Positions 9,391 through 18,361 of a stretch of DNA of 64,000 bases are shown piece by piece. The position numbers were made by a program, and so were the translations under genes. Numbering within the stretch: position 1 is the first letter of the stretch; the number at the start of each line of letters is the position of its first letter. The notes under the pieces are model-generated. The model searched no databases and was not told where the DNA came from. It worked only from the letters and a program-made list of their open reading frames with translations. The stretch spans positions 2,333 through 66,332 of the forward strand of contig DAHVZT010000118.1 in assembly GCA_027323885.1 (NCBI GenBank). Direction: 5' to 3'. This stretch comes from Acidobacteriaceae bacterium (GTDB taxonomy: Bacteria; Acidobacteriota; Terriglobia; Terriglobales; Acidobacteriaceae).

Positions 9391-11178
9391 CTATTCGCTG
9401 GGACGAGGGGCGGAAGATGGTGTCCGCTTTTGCCCGCTGGAGGGCAGGCGGCAAACGCGGACTGCCGAGTTGCTGTAGGGACAATCGAAGTGGGTCACGG
9501 CATTGCGCGGAAGCACAATCCAGCTGACTCGATAAGGAGCGAGAGCTTGTATGCGCTGATGATCGTTCCAGGCAGAAAAGTTCCGGACTGTGGTGACCTG
9601 GTTCCACCATTTCTGCGCGACTGCGGGGTAAATGGCGGCAACGCCTCCATCTTTACTCCAGTCGGCCAGCACGCTGCGCTGCGCCATCGCGCGAAACCCG
9701 ATGGTGTCCTCCTGCGGCTGCTGCTGGTAATAGGGATCGAGCGCAAACAGGGCGTCGCGGGGCGTATTTTCACGAATCCACAGAAACGCGCGCTCCCAAG
9801 GGTTCTTGCTTGCGATGCCAGGCCATTCGATGTGGGCCAGGGACGGATACGTACAGATTTGCACCGTGAACATCAGGCCGGCAATGGCAGTGAAGCACAC
9901 CACCCATGCCCACCAGCGGCGGCGTAAAACATACTCGCCAAGCGTACTGCCGAGCAGTAGAAAAAACAAAATGTAAATAAGCTGAAATGCGCGCAAGGGC
10001 TGCAGTCTGGCGAGGATAAATGAGCCGTCGGTGCGGGCAAAGAAAACGGCAAACACCAGCGCGACCCCACCCACGTACAGGTTGGCGGCAGAGACCAGGC
10101 TGTAACGGGATTTCAGCTGGAAATCCCGGCGCGCCCAGTAGATAAATGCGGCGGCAAGTGGGGGGAAAATTCCGAAAACTTCAAACCAGGCCCAATGCCC
10201 CAGAAAAAAATAGGACCGGCTCACGGCTGCCGCCCGGTACTCCGGCGAACTGCCCAGAAGATTGCCCGCATGAGACGCAATGACCCCGAGCGCCAGCACC
10301 GGCACCACCAGAGCGGCCAGCCAGCCCCAGGACCGGCGGCGCAGCAGTACCAGAGCGAGAACGTACCCGATCGCATAGGCAGCCATCAACGGATGCAGCA
10401 CGAAGGCGGCTGCGAGGCACAAGATGCTGCGCAGTACTCGATGTTCCAGGATATAGGCGATGGCCAGAATCGTCGCTGGAGTGGAGAACGAACGTGCGGT
10501 CAGGTAAGGATCGATGAAAAAGATTGCGGAGCCCACCACCGGCAGCGTCAACGCGGAGGTCATGAGAAGCATTGCTCCCCAGCGCTCCGTGGGCCTGGTG
10601 AACAGCAAGCAGGTCAGGCGCCAGCAAGCGAAGAGCATCAGCCACAACGATGCAAGGTAGGTCACGAACAGGGCATAGCTCAGCCGGACGTGCAGGCTGC
10701 GGATCAGCCATCCGAGCGCGAAAGAGAACAAGGAATGGCGCAGGTGAGGCAGCACGTACTCGGCATGGGTCGGAAACAGGGAGGGATGAATGACTTTTTC
10801 AATGCCCGCCACATAGATCGCCGCATCATCCACATAGGGGTGATAGCCATGAATCAGGAGAGAAACGAACGTGAGGAGCGGAAGAAAAACGGACGGCTTA
10901 TTCAGCGCATGGAACAACCGTTCCCGCCGGGACGGTTGGGAAGGTATGTTCGGGGCCTGTTCCGTTGGACGACAAGCCTCAACGGGGGTCTTGTCACCTA
11001 CCAGCAGAACGGGCAAATTTTCCTCCGGTACCAGATGGACGGTTGGGTAATGGATTCGATAGCGGCATGCGCTCTTTTTGAAGGTTCCGGTCCGAATAAG
11101 TCGATGGCGAGCGTCCAGAATCGAATTCCATGCTAGCGTGACAGATCGTGGATGTCCATGGACCTGTTCCAGGTGCAA
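9391..11178 (-). CDS. Polytopic membrane protein of unknown function
   Basis: The ORF has at least 10 hydrophobic helices, the motif HGYHPYVDDAAIYVAGIEK, and a C-terminal soluble part. The track start (TTG 11178) is merely the first start-type codon after the in-frame ctpA stop. There is no internal ATG before TM1; an alternative start is TTG 10917. Confidence 0.65.
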   Translation of the reverse strand: MHLEQVHGHPRSVTLAWNSILDARHRLIRTGTFKKSACRYRIHYPTVHLVPEENLPVLLVGDKTPVEACRPTEQAPNIPSQPSRRERLFHALNKPSVFLPLLTFVSLLIHGYHPYVDDAAIYVAGIEKVIHPSLFPTHAEYVLPHLRHSLFSFALGWLIRSLHVRLSYALFVTYLASLWLMLFACWRLTCLLFTRPTERWGAMLLMTSALTLPVVGSAIFFIDPYLTARSFSTPATILAIAYILEHRVLRSILCLAAAFVLHPLMAAYAIGYVLALVLLRRRSWGWLAALVVPVLALGVIASHAGNLLGSSPEYRAAAVSRSYFFLGHWAWFEVFGIFPPLAAAFIYWARRDFQLKSRYSLVSAANLYVGGVALVFAVFFARTDGSFILARLQPLRAFQLIYILFFLLLGSTLGEYVLRRRWWAWVVCFTAIAGLMFTVQICTYPSLAHIEWPGIASKNPWERAFLWIRENTPRDALFALDPYYQQQPQEDTIGFRAMAQRSVLADWSKDGGVAAIYPAVAQKWWNQVTTVRNFSAWNDHQRIQALAPYRVSWIVLPRNAVTHFDCPYSNSAVRVCRLPSSGQKRTPSSAPRPSE

Positions 11179-12822
11179 TCAACGAACGGAAGCGGATGTT
11201 GTATGCGTCTTCATGGAAATCGTTTTTTTAGCATTCTCCTCAAGAGCCTGGGCCTGTGGCATCAGGGCAACGGCCTTGCTGATCATGGGATCCCAGGCTG
11301 CCCGGACCTTCAGTTCCGCTTCCTGACCAAAGACGGAGCCGAACAGAAAGCTCTTGATGCTCATATCGATCCAGTCGCGAACGCCGTTGATGTCCTGCTC
11401 GGTCCATGGAATGTGCTTGCTGGTCAGGTAAGACTCGAAATCGTGAATCACGGCGTCATCCACTTTGAAATCCTTGGTGACGGTGTGGTTCACCAGATAA
11501 TCGTCGGCGAAGTTGAAGAACGCGTACTGGTCCATCAACACATCCTGAAAATGGTTGGGCTTAGGGGCCGGAATCTTCACGTCCGGGGTAATGCCTCCGC
11601 CGCCATATACTGGCCGGCCAGAGTCGGTCAGCTTAACTTCACGATTGGCGTCGCTGTGCGGACGGTCGGCAGGGTTCAGGAAGTAATCGTACATGGAAAC
11701 GCCGGAGTAATTCCGCTGGATCAGCCGCCCGCTCGGCGTGTAGTAGTGGTACGTGGTGAGCGCCAGAGCTGTATTGTCGGAGAGCGGATAAACCGTTTGC
11801 ACCAGTCCCTTGCCGAAGGTCGTTTCTCCAGCAATCAAGGCGCGGTCATGATCCTGCAATGCGCCGCTTACAATTTCGGCGGCCGAAGCGGTACCGCGAT
11901 TGACGAGAACGACAATTGGATAGTTTCTTCCCTGGTCGCCATGGGTAGCGCGGTAGCTGATCGGCGGGAAAGCGCGTCCGCGCTGCGAGACGATCAGCTG
12001 GCCCTTCTGCAAGAAATCTCCGGCAACGGAAACAGCCTCGCTCAGCAAGCCGCCCGGATTGCCACGCAGGTCTATGACCAGGCCGTGGATTGGCCCCATC
12101 TGCTGCAACGCATTGGAGACCTCGCGGCCCGTCGCTTCTTCCGCGAAGTCTTTGATGTGGATGTATCCGACGCCGGGCTGGATGTCATAGGCGAGATCGA
12201 CACTGGTGCGTGGAATTTCCGCCCGGACCAGGTTGAGCACCATAGGCTGGGACCTTCCTTCGCGTCCGATCGTGACGCTGACGCTGGTGCCCTTGGGTCC
12301 TTTCAGCATGTTGGCGACTTCCAGCGTGGTGGCCGGCTTGACCGGCTTGCCGTCCGGCCCTGTTCCGCTCAGGGGTTTCCCGTTGACGGCCAGGATCACA
12401 TCTCCCGGACGGATGCCCGCTTTATAGGACGGTGTTCCCTCGAACGGGGTAACGACTACGATTTTGTCGCCCTGCTGCATGATTTGCATGCCGACGCCGT
12501 AGTATTTGCCGCTTTGTTCCTCCCGCATTTCCGCGTATGCCTTGGGATCGTAAAAGTTGGAGTGCGGATCCAGAACGTGCAGCATGTCGGGAATGGCGCC
12601 ATCATAGATCGCCGTGTCGATGCTGTCTTTGGTCATCGGTTCGGCATAGTTCTGCTCGACGACACTGTAGGTATTCGTGAACTGCTTCAAGCTGTCGCGT
12701 AGTGTCGACTGGTCGCCAGCCGACTGTGCCCCGGCATTTCGATCCAGCAAGGCTCCTGCAATACCACAGGTGATAAGGAAGATGAGGGCGGCGAACAGCG
12801 AGCGGCGGGCACGGGGATTCAT
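11179..12822 (-). CDS. ctpA: Carboxy-terminal processing protease (peptidase S41)
   Basis: 547 aa with a signal anchor. PDZ block: GVGMQIMQQGDKIVVVTPFEGTPSYKAGIRPGDVILAVNG. S41 blocks: DLRGNPGGLL and VVLVNRGTASAAEIVSGALQD...GETTFGKG. Confidence 0.9.
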   Translation of the reverse strand: MNPRARRSLFAALIFLITCGIAGALLDRNAGAQSAGDQSTLRDSLKQFTNTYSVVEQNYAEPMTKDSIDTAIYDGAIPDMLHVLDPHSNFYDPKAYAEMREEQSGKYYGVGMQIMQQGDKIVVVTPFEGTPSYKAGIRPGDVILAVNGKPLSGTGPDGKPVKPATTLEVANMLKGPKGTSVSVTIGREGRSQPMVLNLVRAEIPRTSVDLAYDIQPGVGYIHIKDFAEEATGREVSNALQQMGPIHGLVIDLRGNPGGLLSEAVSVAGDFLQKGQLIVSQRGRAFPPISYRATHGDQGRNYPIVVLVNRGTASAAEIVSGALQDHDRALIAGETTFGKGLVQTVYPLSDNTALALTTYHYYTPSGRLIQRNYSGVSMYDYFLNPADRPHSDANREVKLTDSGRPVYGGGGITPDVKIPAPKPNHFQDVLMDQYAFFNFADDYLVNHTVTKDFKVDDAVIHDFESYLTSKHIPWTEQDINGVRDWIDMSIKSFLFGSVFGQEAELKVRAAWDPMISKAVALMPQAQALEENAKKTISMKTHTTSASVR

Positions 12823-13138
12823 GAACCGTGGAGTCCTTTGGTGGCGCGGATTCGAAGCATGGCAGCAGTTGTTGTTATTAAGAACACTGTGCGGACTATG
12901 CTCCAGTGTAGCACTGGGTATCCGGTTTGAACGGCCCTGGATGGCTCCGATCGACCGGGGCGCGGGGAATCCGGTTGCGCTCGAAAATGGTCATCGGATG
13001 CGGTTAGAATGGAATCAACGGAATCGACCTGCGTTGTGCTGCTCTCTTTTTTCTGCTGGCCTGGACGACTCGCCTTTTGCGGCCAGGGTGGGAATTGTGA
13101 ACCATGACCGGCAGGCCTGGATGGTATGAGCAAACAAG

Positions 13139-15151
13139 ATGATGTTTAAAGCAGCTGCGTATATTTCTCTTCCTGTGGCGATGTCGCTCGGCCTGTGCTT
13201 TGCCGGAGTGGCCCAAACCACCAGTTCGACTCCAGTGAACCCTTCACCGGCGCAGACAAATCCCACCGCCCCGAGTCCCTCGAAACCGGACCTGACCGGA
13301 ATGTCGAGTTCAGGTTCCCTTGCCGGCGTCAATTCGAATGAAGTGGCGAACCTCTATGGCGCGCCGGTGGTGCAGATCGTGGCTCGTGTGAATGATCGGG
13401 CCATCACCAACTCCGACGTGACCCGCGCTCAGACCCAGCTTGACCAGGATGCGCGCCAGAACAGCTGGTCGCTGGAGGAATACAACCGGAACCAGAAGAA
13501 TCTGCTGCGGGACTTGATCGACCAGCAACTGCTGCTGTCTAAAGGAAAACAGCTAGGCATTACCGGCGATACGGAGCTGATCAAGCGCCTGGACGACATT
13601 CGAAAGCAGAACCATCTGGACTCGTTGGACGATCTGGAGAAGGCTGTCGAGCAGCAGGGCATCTCGTATGAAGACTTCAAGGCCAACATCCGCAACGGGA
13701 TCGTCACGCAGGAAGTGGTGCGTGACGAAGTTGGCAGCAAGATGCAGATCTCCCAGGCTGACATTGAAAAGTATTACAACGAACACAAGGACATGTTCAC
13801 GCAGCCGGAGTCGGTGCATCTGAATGAGATTCTGATTCCGACCAGCGACAATCCGACCCAGGCGGAGCTGACCGCGGCGGAGAACAAAGCGAAGGAAATC
13901 GAAGCCAAGCTGAAGGCGGGCGGGAACTTTGCCGAACTGGCCAAGAAGTATTCTGGCGGTCCCACTGCCCAGCAGGGAGGAGATTTGGGGCAGTTCAAGC
14001 GGGGCGCGCTGGCAAAGGTGCTCGAAGATCAGACCTTCAGCCTTCCAGTGGGCGGTTACACCGCGCCGATTCGTACCAAGCAGGGCTACATCATCTTGCA
14101 GGTCAGCGACCATGTGCCGGGGGGCACCATGCCTCTGCAGAAAGCGGAGCCGCAGATTGAGCAGGCCCTTTACATGCAGCGGATTCAACCTGCCGTGCGC
14201 CGTTATTTGACTCGTCTGCGGGAAGAGGCCTACATCGACATTCGCCCCGGCTATACCGATTCCGGAGCCAGTCCGAATGAGACCAAGCCGACTTTTACGG
14301 CCTACGCTCCACCCCAGCCCAAGAAGAAAAAGAAGAAGGCGCGCTTCGATAAACGGGAAGTTCGCTACGCCAGCAGGCGCGGCAGGCGCAATCAACGGCC
14401 TGTACGGCCTGTAACGGCAGCAGCGGTGAAAGCGCCACCTTTGTCTCCCAGTGGAGACACCATCGCGGCTCCCGGAACGGCTGCAGCCAGCGGAGCAGCG
14501 GCGGGGACGTCGAATGTTTCCGTGGCGGCTGCATCTTCCTCCAGCAGACGCAAGGCGAAAAAGCACCTGGTGGCGAAGAAGAGAAAGCGGGAGAAGATGC
14601 GGTTCGGACAAGCGCCCAATGCTCGCGTATCGGATGAGCAGGTGGCTTCCGCGGCTGGCTCCGGCGCAGGCGCAATATCCACGCTCCCGGGAGATGTCCC
14701 GGCGGGCACCGACGTTCAGCCGCTTGGCCCGGATCTGGAGCACGCTCCAACCATCACAGAGCCGGCAAAGGTGAAAACCCGTTTCAGCGACCAGGCGCGC
14801 ACCAAAACGGAGATGGCGCCCAAGCGCAAACATCGGAAACACGGCAAGAAGGTGAAGAAGGTCAAGGTAGACAATGCGCAGGCAAGCCCGTTATCTACGG
14901 CGGAAGCCGCGAATCAAAATGTGCAGTATGCTCCCCTGGGTTTGAACGGCGCAACGGCAGACAAGAAAAAGAAGAAAAAGAAGGTGAAGGTCAAGGGGAC
15001 CGAAAAAACTCGGTTGAGCCAGGAAAAAAAGAAGCAATCGGGTACCCCGAACCAGAATGGAACCACGCCGGAGCCGGACGATAACAGCAAACCGTCCTCC
15101 AACTCCTATCAAAATGGAACTCCACTGCCGGAGCCTCGGCAGCCGAGTTAG
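13139..15151 (+). CDS. SurA-like periplasmic chaperone/parvulin PPIase with a ~300-aa Lys-rich disordered tail
   Basis: Signal peptide MMFKAAAYISLPVAMSLGLCFAGVAQ, then a SurA N-domain-like region. Parvulin domain: VHLNEILIPT...GGDLGQFKRGALAKVLEDQTFSLPVGGYTAPIRTKQGYIILQV. The low-complexity tail contains KKKKKK and KKKKKKKVKVK. Confidence 0.8.
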   Translation: MMFKAAAYISLPVAMSLGLCFAGVAQTTSSTPVNPSPAQTNPTAPSPSKPDLTGMSSSGSLAGVNSNEVANLYGAPVVQIVARVNDRAITNSDVTRAQTQLDQDARQNSWSLEEYNRNQKNLLRDLIDQQLLLSKGKQLGITGDTELIKRLDDIRKQNHLDSLDDLEKAVEQQGISYEDFKANIRNGIVTQEVVRDEVGSKMQISQADIEKYYNEHKDMFTQPESVHLNEILIPTSDNPTQAELTAAENKAKEIEAKLKAGGNFAELAKKYSGGPTAQQGGDLGQFKRGALAKVLEDQTFSLPVGGYTAPIRTKQGYIILQVSDHVPGGTMPLQKAEPQIEQALYMQRIQPAVRRYLTRLREEAYIDIRPGYTDSGASPNETKPTFTAYAPPQPKKKKKKARFDKREVRYASRRGRRNQRPVRPVTAAAVKAPPLSPSGDTIAAPGTAAASGAAAGTSNVSVAAASSSSRRKAKKHLVAKKRKREKMRFGQAPNARVSDEQVASAAGSGAGAISTLPGDVPAGTDVQPLGPDLEHAPTITEPAKVKTRFSDQARTKTEMAPKRKHRKHGKKVKKVKVDNAQASPLSTAEAANQNVQYAPLGLNGATADKKKKKKKVKVKGTEKTRLSQEKKKQSGTPNQNGTTPEPDDNSKPSSNSYQNGTPLPEPRQPS

Positions 15152-15195
15152 TCCGCCTTTACGTCACAAGCAGCGTACCCACGGTCCAGGAGCGC

Positions 15196-16191
15196 ATGAA
15201 AGCATTTTTCGTTACCGACGCCGTCGCGCATCGCGGACGCACCATCCGTTCGCATTTTCTAGTCGCCGCCAAGCAGTTGCGCGATCGAAACAATGGGGAT
15301 GGTAAGTACCTTTGCGTCACCTTATGCGACCGCACCGGACGGCTGGAGGGCCGGGTTTGGGACAACGCGGAAGCGTGCGCCGCGGGGTTCGAGTTGAACG
15401 ACTTTGTCAACGTGGAGGCCTGCGTGGAAGAGTTCAATGGCAAGCTTCAGTTAAAAGTCCTCAAAGTCGTACGGCTCGCCCCAGAACAGATCGAACTTGG
15501 CGATTTCCAGCGCAAGACGACGCGCGACATCGAGGAGCTATGGAACGAGGTGCGGTCGACGGTCGCTTCTTTTTCCGACCCGAATCTGCAGCGCCTGGTT
15601 TTCGCCTTCCTGGATGACCCGGAGATTGCGAGGCGGTTCCGGGCTGCTCCAGCAGCGCAGTTCATGCACCATGCATGGATCGGTGGCCTTCTGGAGCACG
15701 TCGCGGACTTGCTCAAGTTTTGCGAGCTTGCCGCGGGACATTTTCCCATCATTCACCGGGATCTGCTTCTGACGGGCGCCATCCTGCATGACATCGGCAA
15801 AACTTATGAGCTGAGCTGGGAGCGTGGCTTTGAATACACTCTGGAAGGCCGGTTGATCGGTCACATTTCCATTGCCGCCCGGCTGTTGGAAGAGAAATTT
15901 CAGACGCTGCCGGATTTTCCCAAGGCCACCCGCATCCTGGTGGAACATATCGTTCTTAGCCACCACGGCTCGCTCGAGTTCGGCTCGCCCAAACTGCCGA
16001 TGATCCCGGAAGCGGTGCTGCTCCATTTTCTGGATGATGCCGAGGCAAAAATGATGGCGATTCAGGAGGCCTGCCAGCCGCAATCGCCTGGTGCTTCGCC
16101 GCCGGTGTATATCGATCGAGTACGCGCCCTGGAACGGCCGCTGGTGAACACCCGGGAATATCTGCAGCAGGCGGAACAGAAAGGAATATAG
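15196..16191 (+). CDS. OB-fold + HD-domain protein, YhaM-type 3'-5' exoribonuclease-like
   Basis: 331 aa. The N-terminal OB fold (KYLCVTLCDRTGRLEGRVWDNAE) is followed by an HD domain (LLEHVADL...GAILHDIGK...LSHHG). Confidence 0.75.
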   Translation: MKAFFVTDAVAHRGRTIRSHFLVAAKQLRDRNNGDGKYLCVTLCDRTGRLEGRVWDNAEACAAGFELNDFVNVEACVEEFNGKLQLKVLKVVRLAPEQIELGDFQRKTTRDIEELWNEVRSTVASFSDPNLQRLVFAFLDDPEIARRFRAAPAAQFMHHAWIGGLLEHVADLLKFCELAAGHFPIIHRDLLLTGAILHDIGKTYELSWERGFEYTLEGRLIGHISIAARLLEEKFQTLPDFPKATRILVEHIVLSHHGSLEFGSPKLPMIPEAVLLHFLDDAEAKMMAIQEACQPQSPGASPPVYIDRVRALERPLVNTREYLQQAEQKGI

Positions 16192-16193
16192 AC

Positions 16194-16607
16194 GTGCCGT
16201 ATGTTTTCAAGACGGAGCCGGACGTCTACTCCTTTGCCGACCTTGAGCGCGATCGAGAGACGGTTTGGGACGGAGTCGCCAATCCGCAGGCGGTGAAATA
16301 TTTGCGCGAGATGCAGCCGGGCGAGCAGGTTGCCATTTACCACAGCGGAGAAGAACGCGCCGTTGTTGGCACGGCTGAGGTGCTGGCGGTCGATGCACGT
16401 GATCCGAAGGTCCCTCTGGTGCGCATCCGTCGCGGCATGTCCGTTCCCCGGAAAAGCCTGGCGGCGATCAAGCGGGAGCCGCTGTTCAAGGACTCGCCGC
16501 TTGTGCGGCAATCGAGGTTGTCCGTGGTTCCGTTGACGCCAGAGCAGTTCCGGTGGCTGACCGATATGGAATCGCAACGCCAGGAAAAAAATCTGAAATC
16601 AACTTGA
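16194..16607 (+). CDS. EVE (PUA-like) domain protein
   Basis: GTG 16194 lies 2 nt after the preceding stop. VFKTEPDVYSFADLERDRETVWDGVANPQAVKYLREMQPGEQVAIYHSGEERAVVGTAEV...SRLSVVPLTPEQF matches the EVE/DUF55 pattern. Confidence 0.75.
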   Translation: MPYVFKTEPDVYSFADLERDRETVWDGVANPQAVKYLREMQPGEQVAIYHSGEERAVVGTAEVLAVDARDPKVPLVRIRRGMSVPRKSLAAIKREPLFKDSPLVRQSRLSVVPLTPEQFRWLTDMESQRQEKNLKST

Positions 16608-16620
16608 AGGTCCCGATTAC

Positions 16621-17808
16621 ATGTTCCGCTTTTCTACAGCAGGGGAGTCGCATGGCGAGTGTCTGATCGCGATGGTTTCCGGTATGCCGGCCGGGGTCAC
16701 GATCGATGAAGCCGCAATCAACCACGAATTATGGCGGAGACAACAAGGCTACGGCCGTGGGGGCCGCATGCGGATTGAGCGTGACACGGCGCAAATTCTG
16801 TCCGGTGTCCGGCACGGCAAGACCATCGGTTCGCCCATTTCCATTCGCATTGAGAACAACGACTGGAAAAACTGGAAGGAGGTCCTGCCAGTTGGTAAAG
16901 GGGACCCGGAGAAACACAAGGCGGTTGCTTCACCCCGGCCAGGACACGCGGACCTTCCCGGCGCGCTGAAGTATGACTTCCCCGATGCGCGTTATGTATT
17001 GGAGCGGGCGTCTGCACGTGAATCGACGGCCCGCGTTGCCGTTGGCCCCATCGCTCGACAATTGCTTCAGGCGCTCGGCATCAAAATCGCGAGCCACGTC
17101 ATTCGAGTGGGCACGGCGGAACTGGATCGCGCGGCTGTGTGGAATGAGATCGAAGAGGTCTCCCAACGCGAGCGGATTTTGCTGAGTTGCGTAGACGAGG
17201 AAGCCGAGGAGCGCATGAAGCAGGTTGTCGATCAGGCGCTCCGCACCGGCGATTCTGTGGGGGGCGTGTTTGAAGTGGTTGCCCATGGAGTTCCTCCGGG
17301 CCTGGGGACGTACGCCAACTGGGATGAGCGTCTGGACGGATTATTGGCTGCCGCTGTTATGTCGTTGCAGGCCGTCAAGGCTGTGGAGATAGGGCGTGGA
17401 GTCACCGCGGCGGCTGCCTTCGGCTCTGTGGTTCACGATGCCATTCACTACGCGCCGGAATCGGACCAGGCAGGAGCGCCGCATACGCGTTTTGCCCGCG
17501 AACAAAACAACGCCGGCGGTATTGAAGGCGGCATTTCGAATGGTGAAGATGTAATCGTTCGCGGATATCTGAAGCCAATTTCCACTCTACGGCGCCCGTT
17601 GCAATCCGTGAGCTTCGAAACGCGCGAAGAAGTGAAAGCTGCTTACGAGCGATCCGACGTCTGTGTGGTTCCCGCAGCCGGGGTGGCGGGAGAGGCGATG
17701 GTTGCCCTGACCCTGGCCAAATTGGCGATCGAAAAATTCGGCGGCGACTCTCTGCGGGAAATGGTGCGAAACTATCAAGGGTACCGCGATCAGATTCGCA
17801 GGTTTTGA
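16621..17808 (+). CDS. aroC: Chorismate synthase
   Basis: 395 aa with the characteristic N-terminus MFRFSTAGESHGECLIAMVSGMPAG, plus the GGISNGE block. Confidence 0.95.
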   Translation: MFRFSTAGESHGECLIAMVSGMPAGVTIDEAAINHELWRRQQGYGRGGRMRIERDTAQILSGVRHGKTIGSPISIRIENNDWKNWKEVLPVGKGDPEKHKAVASPRPGHADLPGALKYDFPDARYVLERASARESTARVAVGPIARQLLQALGIKIASHVIRVGTAELDRAAVWNEIEEVSQRERILLSCVDEEAEERMKQVVDQALRTGDSVGGVFEVVAHGVPPGLGTYANWDERLDGLLAAAVMSLQAVKAVEIGRGVTAAAAFGSVVHDAIHYAPESDQAGAPHTRFAREQNNAGGIEGGISNGEDVIVRGYLKPISTLRRPLQSVSFETREEVKAAYERSDVCVVPAAGVAGEAMVALTLAKLAIEKFGGDSLREMVRNYQGYRDQIRRF

Positions 17809-17847
17809 TCCGGTCCCGACAAATTTGAAAGATTAAGACCAGCCCCG

Positions 17848-18357
17848 ATGATCTATCCGATTGTTAAGTTCCCCGATCCCATTCTGCAGAAGCCCGCAGA
17901 GCCAGTGACCGTCTTCGACGATGCATTGCGCCAGCTGGTTGAGGACATGTTCGCGTCGATGTATGACGCGCAGGGAATCGGACTGGCCGCCCCGCAAATC
18001 GGGATTTCGAAACGCCTGACCGTGATCGATCTCAGCTTTCAGAAGAAGCCGGAAGACAAAATAGTTCTCGTCAACCCGGAGATCGTCGCAAAGAGCGGCA
18101 AACAGGTGGAAGAAGAGGGCTGCCTGAGCTTGCCCGAGATTCGTGACCGGGTGGTTCGTGCCGCAGAGGTCACCGTGCGTGCGCAGGACGCATATGGCAA
18201 GCCCGTGGAAGTCTCTGGAACGGAACTGCTGTCTCGGGCGCTGCAGCATGAAATCGACCATCTGGACGGAATCCTGTTCATCTTCCGGCTTAGCCGGTTG
18301 AAGCGCGATCTGCAGTTGCGCAGGATTCGCAAGCTGCAGAAAGCTGGCGAGTGGTAA
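17848..18357 (+). CDS. def: Peptide deformylase
   Basis: All three motifs are present: GIGLAAPQIG, EGCLSLP and HEIDHLDG. Confidence 0.95.
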   Translation: MIYPIVKFPDPILQKPAEPVTVFDDALRQLVEDMFASMYDAQGIGLAAPQIGISKRLTVIDLSFQKKPEDKIVLVNPEIVAKSGKQVEEEGCLSLPEIRDRVVRAAEVTVRAQDAYGKPVEVSGTELLSRALQHEIDHLDGILFIFRLSRLKRDLQLRRIRKLQKAGEW

Positions 18358-18361
18358 ATCC

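Noticed and set aside
11176-11181. Zero-nucleotide spacing between the ctpA stop and the next ORF start (TTG 11178), which looked like tight coupling or stop-codon readthrough.
   Set aside because: The downstream ORF is in the same frame as ctpA, so the track simply reports the first start-type codon after the stop. There is no Shine-Dalgarno or other support. The true start of the membrane protein may be as far downstream as TTG 10917.
12823-13138. 316-bp spacer between ctpA and the SurA-like gene, checked for an sRNA, riboswitch or small ORF. GGAATC recurs three times, and there is a CTGGCC/GGCCAG hairpin with a 19-nt loop.
   Set aside because: I found no stable terminator-like structure, no known riboswitch core and no convincing ORF. 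It is adequately explained as a divergent promoter region.
14321-14338. A-rich lysine-codon runs (also 14962-14985 and A7 at ~15024) as possible programmed slippage or frameshift sites.
   Set aside because: The zero frame stays open and continues with the same low-complexity composition. No alternative-frame ORF with coding character follows.
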